From NCBI GenBank assembly GCA_951406725.2, contig OX597821.1, positions 91,388,001 to 91,452,000 of the forward strand: a stretch of DNA of 64,000 nt. Direction: 5' to 3'. The notes under the pieces are model-generated. The model had not been told where the DNA came from, did not search any database, and saw nothing but the letters and a program-made list of their open reading frames with translations. The stretch comes from Octopus vulgaris (lineage: Eukaryota). The position numbers and the translations under genes were made by a program. Below are positions 1 through 12,893 of this stretch, piece after piece (position 1 is the first letter of the stretch; the number at the start of each line of letters is the position of its first letter).

Positions 1-415
1 GAAGGAAAGTTGCTCTCAATACATTTGACTAGAGTTATGTACATTTGATAATAATGATGATAATAACAATGTATGTACATATGTATATATATTTGTAAGT
101 ATGCATCTGTCTCTGGTAGTTTCTATTTTTCTGAAATTGTTTCCTGCCTTGTTAGCCATGGTTTGGTGCAATCACTGAACCATAACTTACAACCATTGTA
201 AAATAGTCAAAGACCTACAAAGAGCGGGGAATGTGTTAGCCCTTATCTCCTACTCTTTTCAGAAAACAGACTGGAGAAACATGAACTATATACAAGCATT
301 AAAAAAATTTTAATATATACAGGACGACCTTAACAAATACAGAAACAATCCATAATCAACAAATTCTCTCCAACTACTTGCCCTTCTTTAATAAATGATC
401 TTGCCCATTATATCC

Positions 416-620
416 ATTCTACTCTAGGTGCAATGCCTGAAATTTTCAGGGAGGGTGTTTTATACCAACCCCAATGCACAGCTGGTATTTATGTCATTGA
501 TCTTGAAAGGGTGAAAAGCAAAGTTGACCTTGAAGGAATTTGAACTCAGAACATAAAGATGTACGAAATGTAGATAAGCATTTTGTTTGATGTGCTAATG
601 GTTCTGCCAATTCACTGCCT
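416..620 (-). mobile_element. Diverged tRNA-derived SINE with Nin/Deu-like central domain
   Basis: Matches by eye the better copies at 55945-56168 and 59826-60040 (gaaagg.tgaaa.gcaaagttgacct...ggaatttgaactcagaac). Confidence 0.7.
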
Positions 621-782
621 GATGCTCATTGCATAGCAACAACAACAATCACATTTAACAAATTTCTAATCAAGAGCCAATGTGGAAGCCTTTATATGAT
701 CACTCAGCTTACTTGAAATAACTGCTAAGTCTTCAAATCACAATGTGTTTTTTAAATAAGAAATGGACACAGATAATGTAGA

Positions 783-920
783 TGTGAGTGCTAGTCGTTG
801 AGATGTTGGGGTCATGACCATAAGATTGTGAGTTCGATTCCTGAACCAAGTACCACATTATATTCCTATGCAAAGCACTTCACTTTACATTTTTCCCAAT
901 TTATACTGCTGAAAATTAGT
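783..920 (+). mobile_element. Highly diverged tRNA-derived SINE head
   Basis: B-box-like gagttcgattcc followed by a degenerate gcaaagcactt...ttt core; similar to the SINEs at 12151-12493 and 25561-25890. Confidence 0.4.
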
Positions 921-1314
921 GTCGCCCATGTGTTGATGTACACCCCTTTCCCATCCAGACCCTTGATTTTTTTCACATGATCAGAAGTGGGAAGGCTTTG
1001 ATAGTGACTACTCTTGCTTATAATTACATAAGCCACTAAAACAATTCATGAAAGCAGGATACAAGTCATCGAGTAATACTTGCTTGCATGTGATGCCCTT
1101 GGTTTTACATAGACTCAAAAGATGGTCACAGCTGAAATGCTTCTAATCATAAGCATGCTTGATCAGGGTTGACTTACCAACCAAATACAAACCAGTAGCA
1201 GTAGCTATATGTTAATTCCAAACAATTGCTAAGTAACACACTGTTAAACCTTCAACTTGTTGATGCTCTTTAAATCTCACTATAATAATAATGTTTCTTA
1301 TAATCACATTATGT

Positions 1315-1615
1315 GGAGGCGCAATGGCCTAGTGGTTAGGGCAGCGGACTCGCGGTCGTAGGATCGCGGTTTCGATTCCAAGACCGGGCGTTGTGAGAGT
1401 TTATTGAGCGAAAACACCTAAAAGCACCACGATGCTCCGGCAGGGGGTGGTGATCCCTGCTGTACTCTTTCACCACTCTTTCTCTCACTCTTCTGTTGGC
1501 CTGCTCGCTTAGCCAGCGGGGTGGCATCATTCGAAGGCTAAAACAATGCGAACGCATTGTGACCAGCGATGTGTAACAGCATCTGATGGTCTGGTCGGTC
1601 ACGTGATCACGTGAT
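1315..1615 (+). mobile_element. Young tRNA-derived SINE (tRNA-Arg-like head)
   Basis: A-box tggcctagtggtt, anticodon-like arm gcggactcgcggtcgt, B-box ggtttcgattcc, CpG-rich body, 3' repeat cacgtgatcacgtgat. Confidence 0.85.
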
Positions 1616-1859
1616 AATCACATTATTACATTCATTAACGAGTTCCCCCTTAGAGGGACTCACAACTCAACATGTAAACATGCTGAGCACCTACACTCTA
1701 AACATGGATGCATGCATGAGGGAGAGCTCATTTGAATTGTGCTATTACCTTAGCATCAATGAAAGCATAAGACTCTTTATAAACATCATTAGAGAACATA
1801 AACTGCTCAACATTGTATTGATTACAATACTGCTTCTTTATCTAATTGGAAGTAAACAT

Positions 1860-1921
<62 letters not shown>

Positions 1922-1973
1922 ACACACACACACATATGTATATATGTGTATGTATGTATATATATATAGATGC

Positions 1974-2018
<45 letters not shown>

Positions 2019-2070
2019 TGCATCATCATCGTTTAAAGCGGACGTTAAACGATGATGATGATGATGATGA

Positions 2071-2108
<38 letters not shown>

Positions 2109-2140
2109 AGAGAGAGAGAGAGAGAGAGAGAGATATATAG

Positions 2141-2179
<39 letters not shown>

Positions 2180-2353
2180 TAGATGGATGGATGGATGGAT
2201 GGATGGATGGATGGATGGATGGATGGATGGATGGATGGATGGATGGATGGATGGATGGATGGATGGATGGATGTATAGATAGATGGATGTATAGATAGAT
2301 AGATAGATGGATGGATAGATAGATAAAATGATAGATAGATACATTTATATGTA

Positions 2354-2384
<31 letters not shown>

Positions 2385-2493
2385 TGGGTGTATATGTACA
2401 TTTGTTTGTGTGTATATGTATAAATGTGTGTGCACATATAGTTACCCCACACACATATATATATATTGAGAGAGAGAGAGTGGTACACACACT

Positions 2494-2530
<37 letters not shown>

Positions 2531-2693
2531 CAATAAGCATAAGACTCATGTGTATACTCAATTATAAAACTTTTCCTTTCTCTTTCCATTCCCTGTGTTT
2601 GTGTGAGTATATACAAAAATATACATATATTCACACAGAGTAAAATAAAGGAGACTCTTACACATATAAACATATACATTCTAATGCCAAAGT

Positions 2694-2731
<38 letters not shown>

Positions 2732-3303
2732 ATATGCACAAATATAAAAAAAAAACCACTTACACACTCAGATATAAACACCTTGTCAAGTTTCAAATAC
2801 ATGTTACACAATTCAAGAAGCAATTATACATACATGCATGTAGATAATTTTTTTATGCATATTATCTTTGTACATATGCATTATCTTTTATATGTAAGTA
2901 ATTTAGCTTTTCTATACATGTATTTTGTCTAACATATATATTTTGTATAGACGTGTGTGTACATGTGTGTGTATGTTGTTTATACATAGTATGTTTTGTA
3001 AGTATGTATATTATCTTTTATTTGTACGAGCATTTTCGTTTAAGCATTTATGTATGTATATACACGCATTAACACAATATACACACATAAACATACACAT
3101 ATATACACATACATATATATATATATTCATATACATATGTGTATATAAATATATATATATATATACATACATACATATATAATACATAAATATATATGCA
3201 TATATACATATATACATATATATGTATGTATTCAAATATGTCTATATATATATTCATATAAGTGTATGTATATTTATATATATTCATATAAGTGTATGTG
3301 TGT

Positions 3304-3340
<37 letters not shown>

Positions 3341-3343
3341 TTA

Positions 3344-3405
<62 letters not shown>

Positions 3406-3430
3406 ATATAAATATATATATATATATATC

Positions 3431-3475
<45 letters not shown>

Positions 3476-4200
3476 CTTTCTATCAACATGATGGTAAGAT
3501 ATTTTACAGATTTTATCAAATGTTTAAAACATCATTTAAAATATATGATTGTATTGAAAATTTGGTCAAACTGGGAATATGTCTTGGCAATATTTCTTAC
3601 AAATTATAACAGCACATGGAAATGCATTGCTCTAAAGTGATTTAAATTTTGATAAAGCAAGTAATGTTTCTATTTATTTCTGGCCAACGTTTATAATCAA
3701 TTTTTTAAAAATATTTTTTTTTTGTATTATCTGTTTTCAATTCCATTCCATCTAACAAACAGAAAATCAACTTGGGACATGTGTAGTCACAGTGTCGCTG
3801 TGCGCTGCTATCTTGTTTTATCATTGCTAATAAGTAAATTTAAACTAGAGATATTTATTTACTCTTTAAATTGGATGATATGCTTCAATATGAGATGGAC
3901 AAATAGATTGTTAAGTTATATGTGTACTTATATAGATAAAAAAAGCAAACACACGCACACACGAAGATATATTCACACATACACACACACACACACTCAC
4001 ATACATATATATATATACGTACACCCATATATTCATGTTTACTTTATACATATGTATATGTATATATATATATATATATATACATATATATATGTATATA
4101 TACATATATATATACATATGTATATATATGTGTGTGTGTGTGTATATACATCCATATATACACACGTTTACATATATAGGGGGGATGTGCGTGTATATGT
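1860..4200. repeat. Compound microsatellite field: (CT)n, (CA)n, (TA)n, (GAT)n, (GATA)n, (GGAT)n
   Basis: Directly visible simple repeats; explains the overlapping low-complexity ORFs. Confidence 0.95.
2021..2072. mobile_element. Two RTE 3' termini fused in inverted orientation
   Basis: catcatcatcgtttaa-agcggacg-ttaaacgatgatgatg; the right half equals the RTE tail at about 40873-40890. Confidence 0.75.
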
Positions 4201-4682
4201 AATAAATGCATACACATATATACATACATACATAGAAAAAGTAAAAGAGAGAAATAGAGAGAAAGGGAAAGAAACAAAGAAAAAAGAAGCAGGAATGGAA
4301 GATATCAGAGACAGAGATAGAATAGAATAATGGATAGAACAATGAATAAAAAACAAAGATAGGAAAAAAAATTTAAAAAGGCTTACAAATAAATACATAC
4401 ACACATGCATAAATCAATGTTATAAATGAATACAAAAATAGACAGTTCGATAGATTACTAGACAGAGAGACAAATATTTTAGATTGAAGATCAAGATAAA
4501 TACTTTTTAAAATTACTATTAATTGTTATTAGTACTGAGATAATGAAAAGAAATTGAGTTACAGAAATGGTGGAACACTACATTATATTGGTTACAAGTT
4601 TTTTGTCTTTTTCTGTTCCAAGATCAAATAGTTCCACCTTTCGAAAAATAATAAATAACTTGCTTGGTATTTATTTTTAGTT

Positions 4683-4832
4683 GTAGGCATGGCTTTGTGG
4701 TTAAGAAACTTGCTCCTCAAGAGATGTGATTTTATGTCCAGACTCATTGCACGGCACTTTGGGCTTAGCTTCAGGATGATCAAAATTTGTAAGTGGATTT
4801 GTTACATGAAAACTGAAAGAAGCCCATTGTAT
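4683..4832 (+). mobile_element. 5' half of CORE-type SINE (diverged)
   Basis: ggctttgtggttaagaa...gtggatttgttacatgaaaactgaaagaagccc matches the head of the SINE at 62881. Confidence 0.7.
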
Positions 4833-5229
4833 ATGTATGTGTGTGTATTCATATATATTTTTTCTGTCTGTGTGTGTCAGGGTGTATGTGTGTTTGTGTC
4901 TCATTTTATTGAGTTTTAAGGAAAGCTTTGGGGGGATTTTCAATAAATAGTTACTTTTGGCTGTAATAGTGTGTTACAATATCTTTTTAAAGAATGGTCA
5001 AAAATTAAAAACATGTCCTGATAGCAGGAACTGTTACAACTCCCAGAGTAGCCCAGACGCAAAATGATTAGATGTTCCAACCACGACTATCACGTCTTAT
5101 TTTCAGTCTTAATGAAACTAAGACAGTGTTATCCTATGTCTCATTTATCTTGTTTTTTAATATTGCAGGTTATGATCAGGTAAAAATTTAATGAGGTATC
5201 TCAAAGAAAGAAACTGGAAATGAAGCGTC

Positions 5230-5660
5230 CATTATAGTGGAAGACAGTGATCTTCTAATCTTCCTAGAAAATATCCTGATGCAAGGTCTAATTAAAATCC
5301 AGATAGCTATATAAAGGTTCTGAGAATCTATTGATAAATAATAGCTTCAGTAACACTTCCTTACTGTCAGAAATAAACAGGAAAAACTCTATTGAATGTA
5401 TAGGAAGTACAACATCAGAAAAAATTTTTAATCCCAACAACAGTCATTTCTGCTCTAGTACAAGAACCAAATGTAATGCAAGAACAGCATAAGGACTTCC
5501 TACATATGACATTCTAATCATAGGACGTATGCATGAGAAGTAAGTTGTCCATTGAAAACCATATCAGAAGACAAGAGAGCTAACCTGTACTTGAGAAGTA
5601 TCACCGATCAGAACATGTCTGCCTAAAAGGCAAACATACTCATATTATTACAGACATCAT
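5230..5660 (+). mobile_element. Possible decayed LINE apurinic endonuclease remnant
   Basis: Fragmentary translations resemble LINE APE motifs: PTTVISA (cf. NPxTTVISCYSPT) and LPTYDILIIG (cf. IPxHNxLxIGGDxNA); heavily disrupted. Confidence 0.3.
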
Positions 5661-6098
5661 ACTAGAAAATATAAATCAAAATAAAGAAGTTTCTTTTATA
5701 ACATTATTTAATATATTTATGATAATGTTTCAAATGAAAAACACTTCCTATGTGTTTCAATTAATTTTCAAAATGATCAAAATTTTGAAGGATAATTTTT
5801 CCATCCTAACGCTAGCTTTTAATGCAACTTAACCAAAGCATATTTTTCCTTATATTAATGATGAGTGCTTTAGAATTAAAAGTGAGCAATTTAAGAAGGA
5901 CAGTTTTGTATTATAGAACCAGCTGTAGGTTTCATGTGGGCTGGTATCAAAAGGTTAATACTGACTCCTTCTGGAAAATAGAAACAATAAGGATGCTATC
6001 AATATATCTATAAATATAAATGGCAGTGTGTCTTCATCTCTACAAGTCCATGCCCACAAGGTAGATAGGTTTGATTCATTAAATTTATCTGTTTCCCC

Positions 6099-6488
6099 TT
6101 ATTAGCTCTGCCTTAGCGAAGGCAGAGGTATTGTTTTCAGTCGTATTTGTTTCTTCATTTGCTCGTTTGTCTGTGGATAAGATATCTCAAGAACTACAGG
6201 ATGGATTCGGATGAAACTTTCAGGGATGTTTGGCCTCATAACTGGCACGAACTAATTAGATTTTGGGATCGATCTGATACAGGACAAGGATTCTGGATTA
6301 TTTTTCTTATTTTCTTTACTTAATTTTTGAGAGTGGTTGGGTTCGTTTTTAATACTCTCGTTTGTGAGAGCAGTCGAGTTTATTTCAGATAATCTCATTT
6401 TAAAAATCATCTCTAACTAATCGTTGAGAGGACGTTGGTGTTGACTTGGCAGAGGTTTGTGCTCTCTCTCTCTCTGAGTGCTCTTGTT
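6099..6488 (+). mobile_element. Non-autonomous Helentron/HINE-like element
   Basis: 5' ctctgcc...ggcagag stem, internal (tttg/tctg) repeats, 3' sub-terminal ggcagagg followed by a terminal gc(t)ctc...gagtgc hairpin, T-rich ends. Confidence 0.65.
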
Positions 6489-6563
6489 AGTATATACTAA
6501 CATGTCAACTACTATATCTTTGGAACATGCTTTGCTTTGTGTTATAACAGATAATTTAACATT

Positions 6564-7301
6564 ATCATCATCATCATCGTTTAACGTCCGCTTTCCATGT
6601 TGGCATGTGTTGGACGGTTTGACTGAGGATTGGCAAGCCAGGAGACTGCACCAGGCTCCAATCTGATCTGGCAAGGTGTCTACAGCTGGACACCCTTGCT
6701 AATGCCAACCACTCCGAGAGTGTATTGGGTGCTTTTTACATGTCACTGGCACTGGTGCCGGTCAGGTGGCACTGGCATTGTCCACACTTGATTGGTGCTT
6801 TTTACACGCTACTGACATGGGAGACACTCAGGTCGCACTAGCATCGCTCATGACCACGATTTCGCTTGACTCAACATATTTTCTCAAGCACAGCATAATG
6901 CCTGACAATTGAAGGGTACTTTTAAAAGGGCCAGTTATGTGACACTGGCATTAGCCACGGCTAAGATCTCACTTGGTTTGATGGGTTTTCCCAATCACAA
7001 CATATCTCCAAAGGTCTTGGTCACTTGTCATTGCCTCTGTGAGGCCCAACCTTCGAAGGTCATACTTCTCCACCTCGTCCCATGTCTTCCCGGGTTTACC
7101 TCTTCCGCAGATTCCTTCCGCTGTTAGGGTGTGACACTTCTTCACTCAGCTGTCCTCATTCATTTGCAACACATGACCATACCAGCACAGTAGTCTCTGT
7201 CGCACACCACCTCTGATGCTTCGTATGTCCAACTTTTCTCTCAGAGCACTTACACTCTGTCATATATGCACACTGACATTACACATCCAGTGGAGCATAC
7301 T
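6564..7301 (-). mobile_element. 5'-truncated RTE LINE (ORF C-terminus plus 3' module)
   Basis: 7050-7300 reverse-complements the RTE region encoding SMLRWMCNVSV...LREKLD...CGV seen at about 31870-32120; (CAT)n tail at 6564. Confidence 0.85.
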
Positions 7302-7414
7302 AATTTAACGTCTCTTATTATTTGATAGCTAATCAGTATTAATGTTTCGTTTTGGGATTTGGTTTGCAAGATTCTTTATATGAGTTCACGTATTGAAGCA
7401 TATTCTATTGTGTC

Positions 7415-7625
7415 TGGGGAGAGTAATTTTCTTTTTGTGCCTTATTATGTAACACACTCACCGGTAAAATTTCCACGCTTTTTCTTATTTTTATTTTCCT
7501 AAAAGCTATTGAAAAGGTTGCAAGACGCAACGAAAATGTTAGGAAAATAAAAATAAGAAAAACGTGGAAATTTTACCGATGAGTGTGTTACATAATAAGG
7601 CACAAAAAGAAAATGGCTCTCCCCA
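7415..7625. repeat. Inverted repeat with about 88-bp arms, probably back-to-back DNA transposon ends
   Basis: 7415-7502 is the near-perfect reverse complement of 7539-7625; 36-bp spacer. Confidence 0.9.
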
Positions 7626-8674
7626 AACTCTATAGAGTTTTAATGTTAGTGGCAAAATATTTATTGCAAATATACTAACAAGAAATTTGTTTAATCTTAA
7701 TTTAATAAATGTTTCATTTTGAAAATTGGTATTCATTTCCTGAGAATACATTTACCATGAAATTTAAAAAGCTAAAATTAAAATGATTGTACTTATGTAA
7801 CATTTTGTGCTTGCTAAATATAAACTCTTAACATTACCCACCACATAACGGGTAACACTGTAGTCTTGAGATAAAGATATGAACAGACCCAGCAGAGAAG
7901 TGAATTTAATAAAGATTCCAATATGTTTTGATGTGCCATTAGAACAGTGGAAAGGTCAGACATCTCAAAAAAAGATTTATGGAAAAAAAGGAAAGAAAGA
8001 AAGATCAAAGCCGATTTACAATAAATCTAGCTTAAGAATCAATCAGCTGACATGTAGCTACAATACATTTAACACAGACAGGTCTGGTAGACATCTGCTT
8101 TAGCACAACAATTTCATGTCATTATGCCATAAACTATATTTAAGGTACTAGTCATGTGACAGGTTTGTTTACAGTACAGCAAGTAGAAGTGAATGATGTC
8201 TAGTGAAATGGAAATGTCTGTGAACAAGTGCTTCAAATATTCATGTCAACAACAGTAATCTATATCTAGGTGGCAAACTGAGAAAACATGATAGAGCTGT
8301 GATTTTAAACAGACAATTGCCAAACATACAAATCTGGTGAGAAAAAAAGAAAATAAATAGCAAAAATCACTTGAAATTGCAAGTGTAGAACTCAATTCCT
8401 GCCTTGTTTTTTGTTGGGAAAATTACAAGTGAAATATCCTTGTTTATCCTGTTTTAGGTGTCAATATCTCAATATAAGAACTGGGACTTTTACAGTGTTT
8501 AAAATGAGCCAATGATGTTGATGCAACAGGGTATAAGTGTAAGAAAAATACTAATCTCACTGATAAAATGATATAAACTATATCCCAAAGATAAATACCA
8601 ATAAATTATAAATTACATAGATAAAGTACTGACAAGCTCTATCTCAGATATATATATATATATATATATAGATA

Positions 8675-9255
8675 TATCATCATTTTACATCCACTTTCCA
8701 GAGGCTGCACCAGGCTCAATCTGATCTGGTAAAGTTTTTGCTGCTGGATGCCCTTCCTAATGCCAACCACTCCGAGAGTGTAGTGGGTGCATTTTATGTG
8801 CCACTGGCATGAAGGCCAGTCAAGTGGTTCTGGCAACAACATCACTCAAAAAGTGTTTTTATGTGCTATCTGCATGGGAGCCAGTCCAGTGGCACCGGCA
8901 ACGACCATACTCGAATGTTATTTTCCACGTGTCACCAGCACATGTGCCGCTAAAACAACGCTGGCAACGATCATGCACGAATGGTACTTTTCACATGTCA
9001 CTGACACAGGAGCCAATCTGTGGCCCTGGCAACGATCATGCGCGAATGGTACTTTTCACATGTCACTGACACAGGAGCCAATCTGTGGCCCTGGCAACGA
9101 TCATGCTCGAATGCTACTTTTCACATGTCACTGACACAGGAGCCAATCTGTGGCCCTGGCAACGATCATGCTCGAATGCTACTTTTCACATGTCACTGAC
9201 ACAGGAGCCAATCTGTGGCCCTGGCAACGATCATGCTCGGATGTTCTTTTAACGT
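8675..9255 (-). mobile_element. RTE 3' module with expanded internal minisatellite
   Basis: gctggatgcccttcctaatgccaaccactccg motif and (CAT)n end. Confidence 0.8.
8986..9245. repeat. 65-bp tandem repeat, 4 near-identical units
   Basis: acttttcacatgtcactgacacaggagccaatctgtggccctggcaacgatcatg starts at 8986, 9051, 9116 and 9181. Confidence 0.95.
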
Positions 9256-9259
9256 TCTG

Positions 9260-9402
9260 AAACACTCAGTAAAGTGATTGGTATTTGGAAGGGAATCCAT
9301 CTATAGAAGCCATATCAAACTAAGAGATTGGAGAAAAAATTAGGTCCTCCAACTCATTGAACTGCCAAAACAATGCCAGCTTGGAAAACAGACTGATGAT
9401 GA
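9260..9402 (+). mobile_element. Old RTE 3' module fragment
   Basis: acactcagtaaagtgattggtatttggaagggaatccatctatagaa...gccagcttggaaaacagac(tga)n. Confidence 0.55.
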
Positions 9403-9548
9403 CATAATGACAAGGAACAGGGTGGTGGCATTGAGAGGTTGGTGTTGGTAGTGATGATGGTGATGATCATCATAGAGATGAAGATCATGATCATGATGAA
9501 ATTATACAGATAAACGCCTCACACAGATATGAAGTATGACAAAATATA

Positions 9549-9984
9549 CTGGGCTGTCCGGAAAGTTCATGCCGACTTTTAAAGGAAAGAAAAAGGTCAA
9601 TAAGTACTTGCCATTACATTTTTAATTAACCAAATATGAACCATTTTGTTGCACAATGCGTCTCCATCTTTCCTTTAACTTGAAAATACCCTCTTCCCAG
9701 AACTGAGGTAGTTTCATGGCAAAGAATTCATCAAGGTATCTTTTTACGTCATCTAAGGAATTGAAATTTTTACCATTAAGACTATGCTGCAGAGACCTGA
9801 ATAAGTGGAAATCTGAAGGAGCAATATCAGGTGAATATGGAAGATGGGGTAACACATCCCAGCCGAGCTGCAGCAATTTTTGTTTAGTTCCCAAAGCATC
9901 AAGTGCCAGAAATGAACTTTCTTATCTTCCATAAGTCGAAAGGTAAGCTAATATAAATCGGCACAAACTTTCTGGACAACCCAA
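9549..9984 (-). mobile_element. Internally deleted mariner element with both TIRs
   Basis: About 30-bp TIRs (ctgggctgtccggaaagttcatgccgactt / aaatcggcacaaactttctggacaacccaa) and TA at both ends (9547-9548, 9985-9986). Confidence 0.9.
9622..9894 (-). pseudogene. Mariner transposase C-terminal fragment
   Basis: GWDVLPHLPYSPDIAPSDFHLFRSL (mariner YSPDLAPxD motif) and GIFKLKERWRRIVQQNGSY terminus. Confidence 0.92.
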
Positions 9985-10753
9985 TACCAAATACACGCGC
10001 ACACGCACATACATACACATACGTAAAATTACTGATCAAGTATATTACACAGATATAACACTGGTAAACAATGTAATCACAGATATAAAGTACTGAAAAC
10101 CTTGTCATACACAGATATATATGACTATATGTATGTAGTTTATGTATATATGTGTGTGTGTATTGTATTCCTATGTATGTATAAATACGCAAAAATCCAT
10201 TGAATTCCTACAAATTTCTTAGATTTTCTAGTGCAAGTAGCCTTCAGCCAAATTCTACTTTCGTTGTTGACATCACCACATATGAACAAATATGAAACCC
10301 TACATTTAAATGTTCCGGTCATCATGACAAAAACCAACCTGATACAATTAACACTGATTTTCGATTAACAGATTCTAAGTTAACAAGGATTTTCAATTAA
10401 AGGCGATTTTCATTCTCACAGTGGGATTCTTCTTATAACGAAATAAGGAATCAGTAGCAAAGTAATTTCATGTTTATCAAGAATTCAGTTTCTAATCTGT
10501 TAATTGGCAATGCTGACTTTTGTTATACTGAGGCAATACTTTGCACAACAAACCACTCCTTGATAAAACTTGAAATGTAAACATGAGGATCAAGATAAAT
10601 TTTGTAAATATGGGTGTGCGTGTAAATATATATCTGCAAGTATATATATACATATATACATTATACATATATACATACATACATATACATGCATACATAC
10701 ATACGCACACATATATAAATATATACATACATGTTTATATATATATATATATT

Positions 10754-11100
10754 ATCATCATCATCATCATCGTTTAACATCTGCCATCGATGCTAGCATG
10801 GGTTGGATGGTTCGACCGGGGTCTGGGAAGCCAGGAGGCTGTACGAGGCCCAGTCTGATCTAGCAATGTTTCTACAGCTGGATGCCCTTCCTAATGCCAA
10901 CCACTCCGTGAGTGTAGCGGGTGCTTTCTACGTGCCAAGCGAGGCTGGCAACATCCACGATCGGCTGGTGCTTTTTACGTGCCACCAGCACGAAGGCCAG
11001 TCGAGGTGGCTCTGGCAATGGCCACATTTGGATGGTTCTTTTATGTGCCACTGGCACTGATATCACAACTACAATTTCCAATGATTTTTGATCGATTTCG

Positions 11101-11104
<4 letters not shown>
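10754..11104 (-). mobile_element. RTE 3' module copy inside (TA)n
   Basis: (CAT)n-cgtttaac...gctggatgcccttcctaatgccaaccactccg...atttccaatgat; (TA)n on both flanks. Confidence 0.85.
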
Positions 11105-11149
<45 letters not shown>

Positions 11150-11152
11150 GTG

Positions 11153-11190
<38 letters not shown>

Positions 11191-11397
11191 TGTACATATG
11201 TATGTGTGCTTCTATGTTCAGTTACAATAAAAGCAATTTTACATTAATCTGATGGATTACCCTATACAGTATTAGAGTACAAATCTACTATTCTTAACAA
11301 GAATTTTGTTGACAGTGACTTCAAAGAGTTTCAACCTGCTAAGCCATTGTCCAACAATGGGTTACCTGGCTGGCACTTTGAAGTCACTGTCTGCAAC

Positions 11398-11441
11398 ATT
11401 ATTATTTGATATTATTATTATTATTGTCGTTGTTATAATTA

Positions 11442-11534
<93 letters not shown>

Positions 11535-11600
11535 TTAATAATAATAATAAGAAGAAGAAGTAGAAGACGAAGAAGAAGAAAAGAAGAAGAAGAAGAAGAA
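11398..11600. repeat. (ATT)n followed by (AAT)n and (GAA)n
   Basis: Directly visible. Confidence 0.95.
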
Positions 11601-11659
11601 TATATGTTTGTATATATATAAAGATATACACACACACATATACATATATATATGCATAT

Positions 11660-12572
11660 ATACCCTGATGCATTATAAGACAGTGGACCTCATGGCATTT
11701 GAGCTTAACTGTATGGAAGTGTTACCATGTACATTGTTTTGCCTTAGTATAAAAGATGGGCTACAGCAAATATTTTGCTCCATACCACGGATTTGCTTGC
11801 CGGTTGCTTGACCTTAACCAGTTGAGCATGTCCATTAGTGGCTGACGATATGTGCATCTCTGATCACGAGCAGAAGTAGTGGGAGAGCATCATAGCCATG
11901 TGTTGAGAGGGATTCTTTGGGGTTTGAATAAATCACCTCTGGAAACATGGGTGTTTCGTTTATCATCCTTAAACAAACCTTATTCAGGGATCTTTTGAGC
12001 AGGTTGTGCTACTCAGCATGAAGAAAATTCCAACTGGGCTCCACCTGCAAGGTCACTCGCTGTTTATCTTGATATAAGATCACCATGTCACATGAATATG
12101 GTTATGATGCCTGTGCCTGGTGTACCCTTATCAGATGGGTAGTCATGATTCTGAGACACCCTTCACTCATGACACTGACCATGGGATTGCACCTAGAAAG
12201 TTACCCTCCTAGGCACAAGTCTGAGCAAGGTTGTTTATGGAAGACCAGCAGTCGCCCATGCATACCAGTCTCCCCTCTCCACATCACCAGTGTTATCCAA
12301 AGGAAAGGCAAAGGCCGATACAGCTTGGTCTATACAGTGACGTCGCAACTCATTTCTACAGCTGAGTGAACTGGAGCAACATGAAATAAAGAGTCTTGCT
12401 CAAGAACACAACACGCAGCCCGGTCTGGAATTCAAGCTCACAACCTCACAATCATAAGCTCGATGCTCTAACCACTGAGCCATGTGCCTTCACTAGTCAT
12501 AATTAGGTTTCATATATTTTACCCCAGTGCCACTCTGATGGCATGCACTGCTCGCTCACTCAACAGTAATAA
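11660..12572 (+). mobile_element. Unclassified interspersed repeat ending in (AAT)n, split by a SINE
   Basis: Higher-complexity block recalled as a common octopus repeat; continues across the duplicated site tagtcat(g/a)att and ends ctcactcaacagtaataat. Confidence 0.5.
12151..12493 (-). mobile_element. tRNA-derived SINE with target-site duplication
   Basis: Minus strand: A-box tggctcagtggtt, B-box-like gcttgaattcc, core gttgtgttcttgagcaagac; TSD tagtcatgatt (12140-12150) / tagtcataatt (12494-12504). Confidence 0.85.
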
Positions 12573-12845
12573 TATTATATATATAATAATAAGTGATGAA
12601 GGCAATGGAAGATAGATTTAACCCTCTAGTCATTATTCAGTACGATGATCGTTTCAAACCATCGTGCAACTGCCTGATATGGATAGGATATTGTGCAACT
12701 AATTGTGTTGCATGAATCTCTGCTGTTTCTGTCGTATCACATACATGGATAAAACAGGGGATATCCCACTAGATGTACTGAGTTTTGGGCATGATGTACT
12801 TGTCTGCTGTATTTTCGTTATAACCAGCTAATATATAATATATAT

Positions 12846-12893
<48 letters not shown>

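Noticed and set aside
1315-1390. tRNA-Arg gene
   Set aside because: No closed acceptor stem or terminator; it continues into a SINE body.
1611-4410. Many overlapping ORFs of 60-265 aa ([16 protein letters not shown])
   Set aside because: Translations of stop-free microsatellites; the same applies at 14-18, 26-28, 46-51, 57-58 and 61 kb.
8986-9245. Regular repeats resembling a CRISPR array
   Set aside because: Whole 65-bp units are repeated with no unique spacers; they belong to the RTE 3' minisatellite, and there are no cas genes.
12640-12730. Minus-strand hairpin followed by gaaacgatcatcgta
   Set aside because: The upstream box reads cagaga rather than CUGANGA; too degenerate to call.
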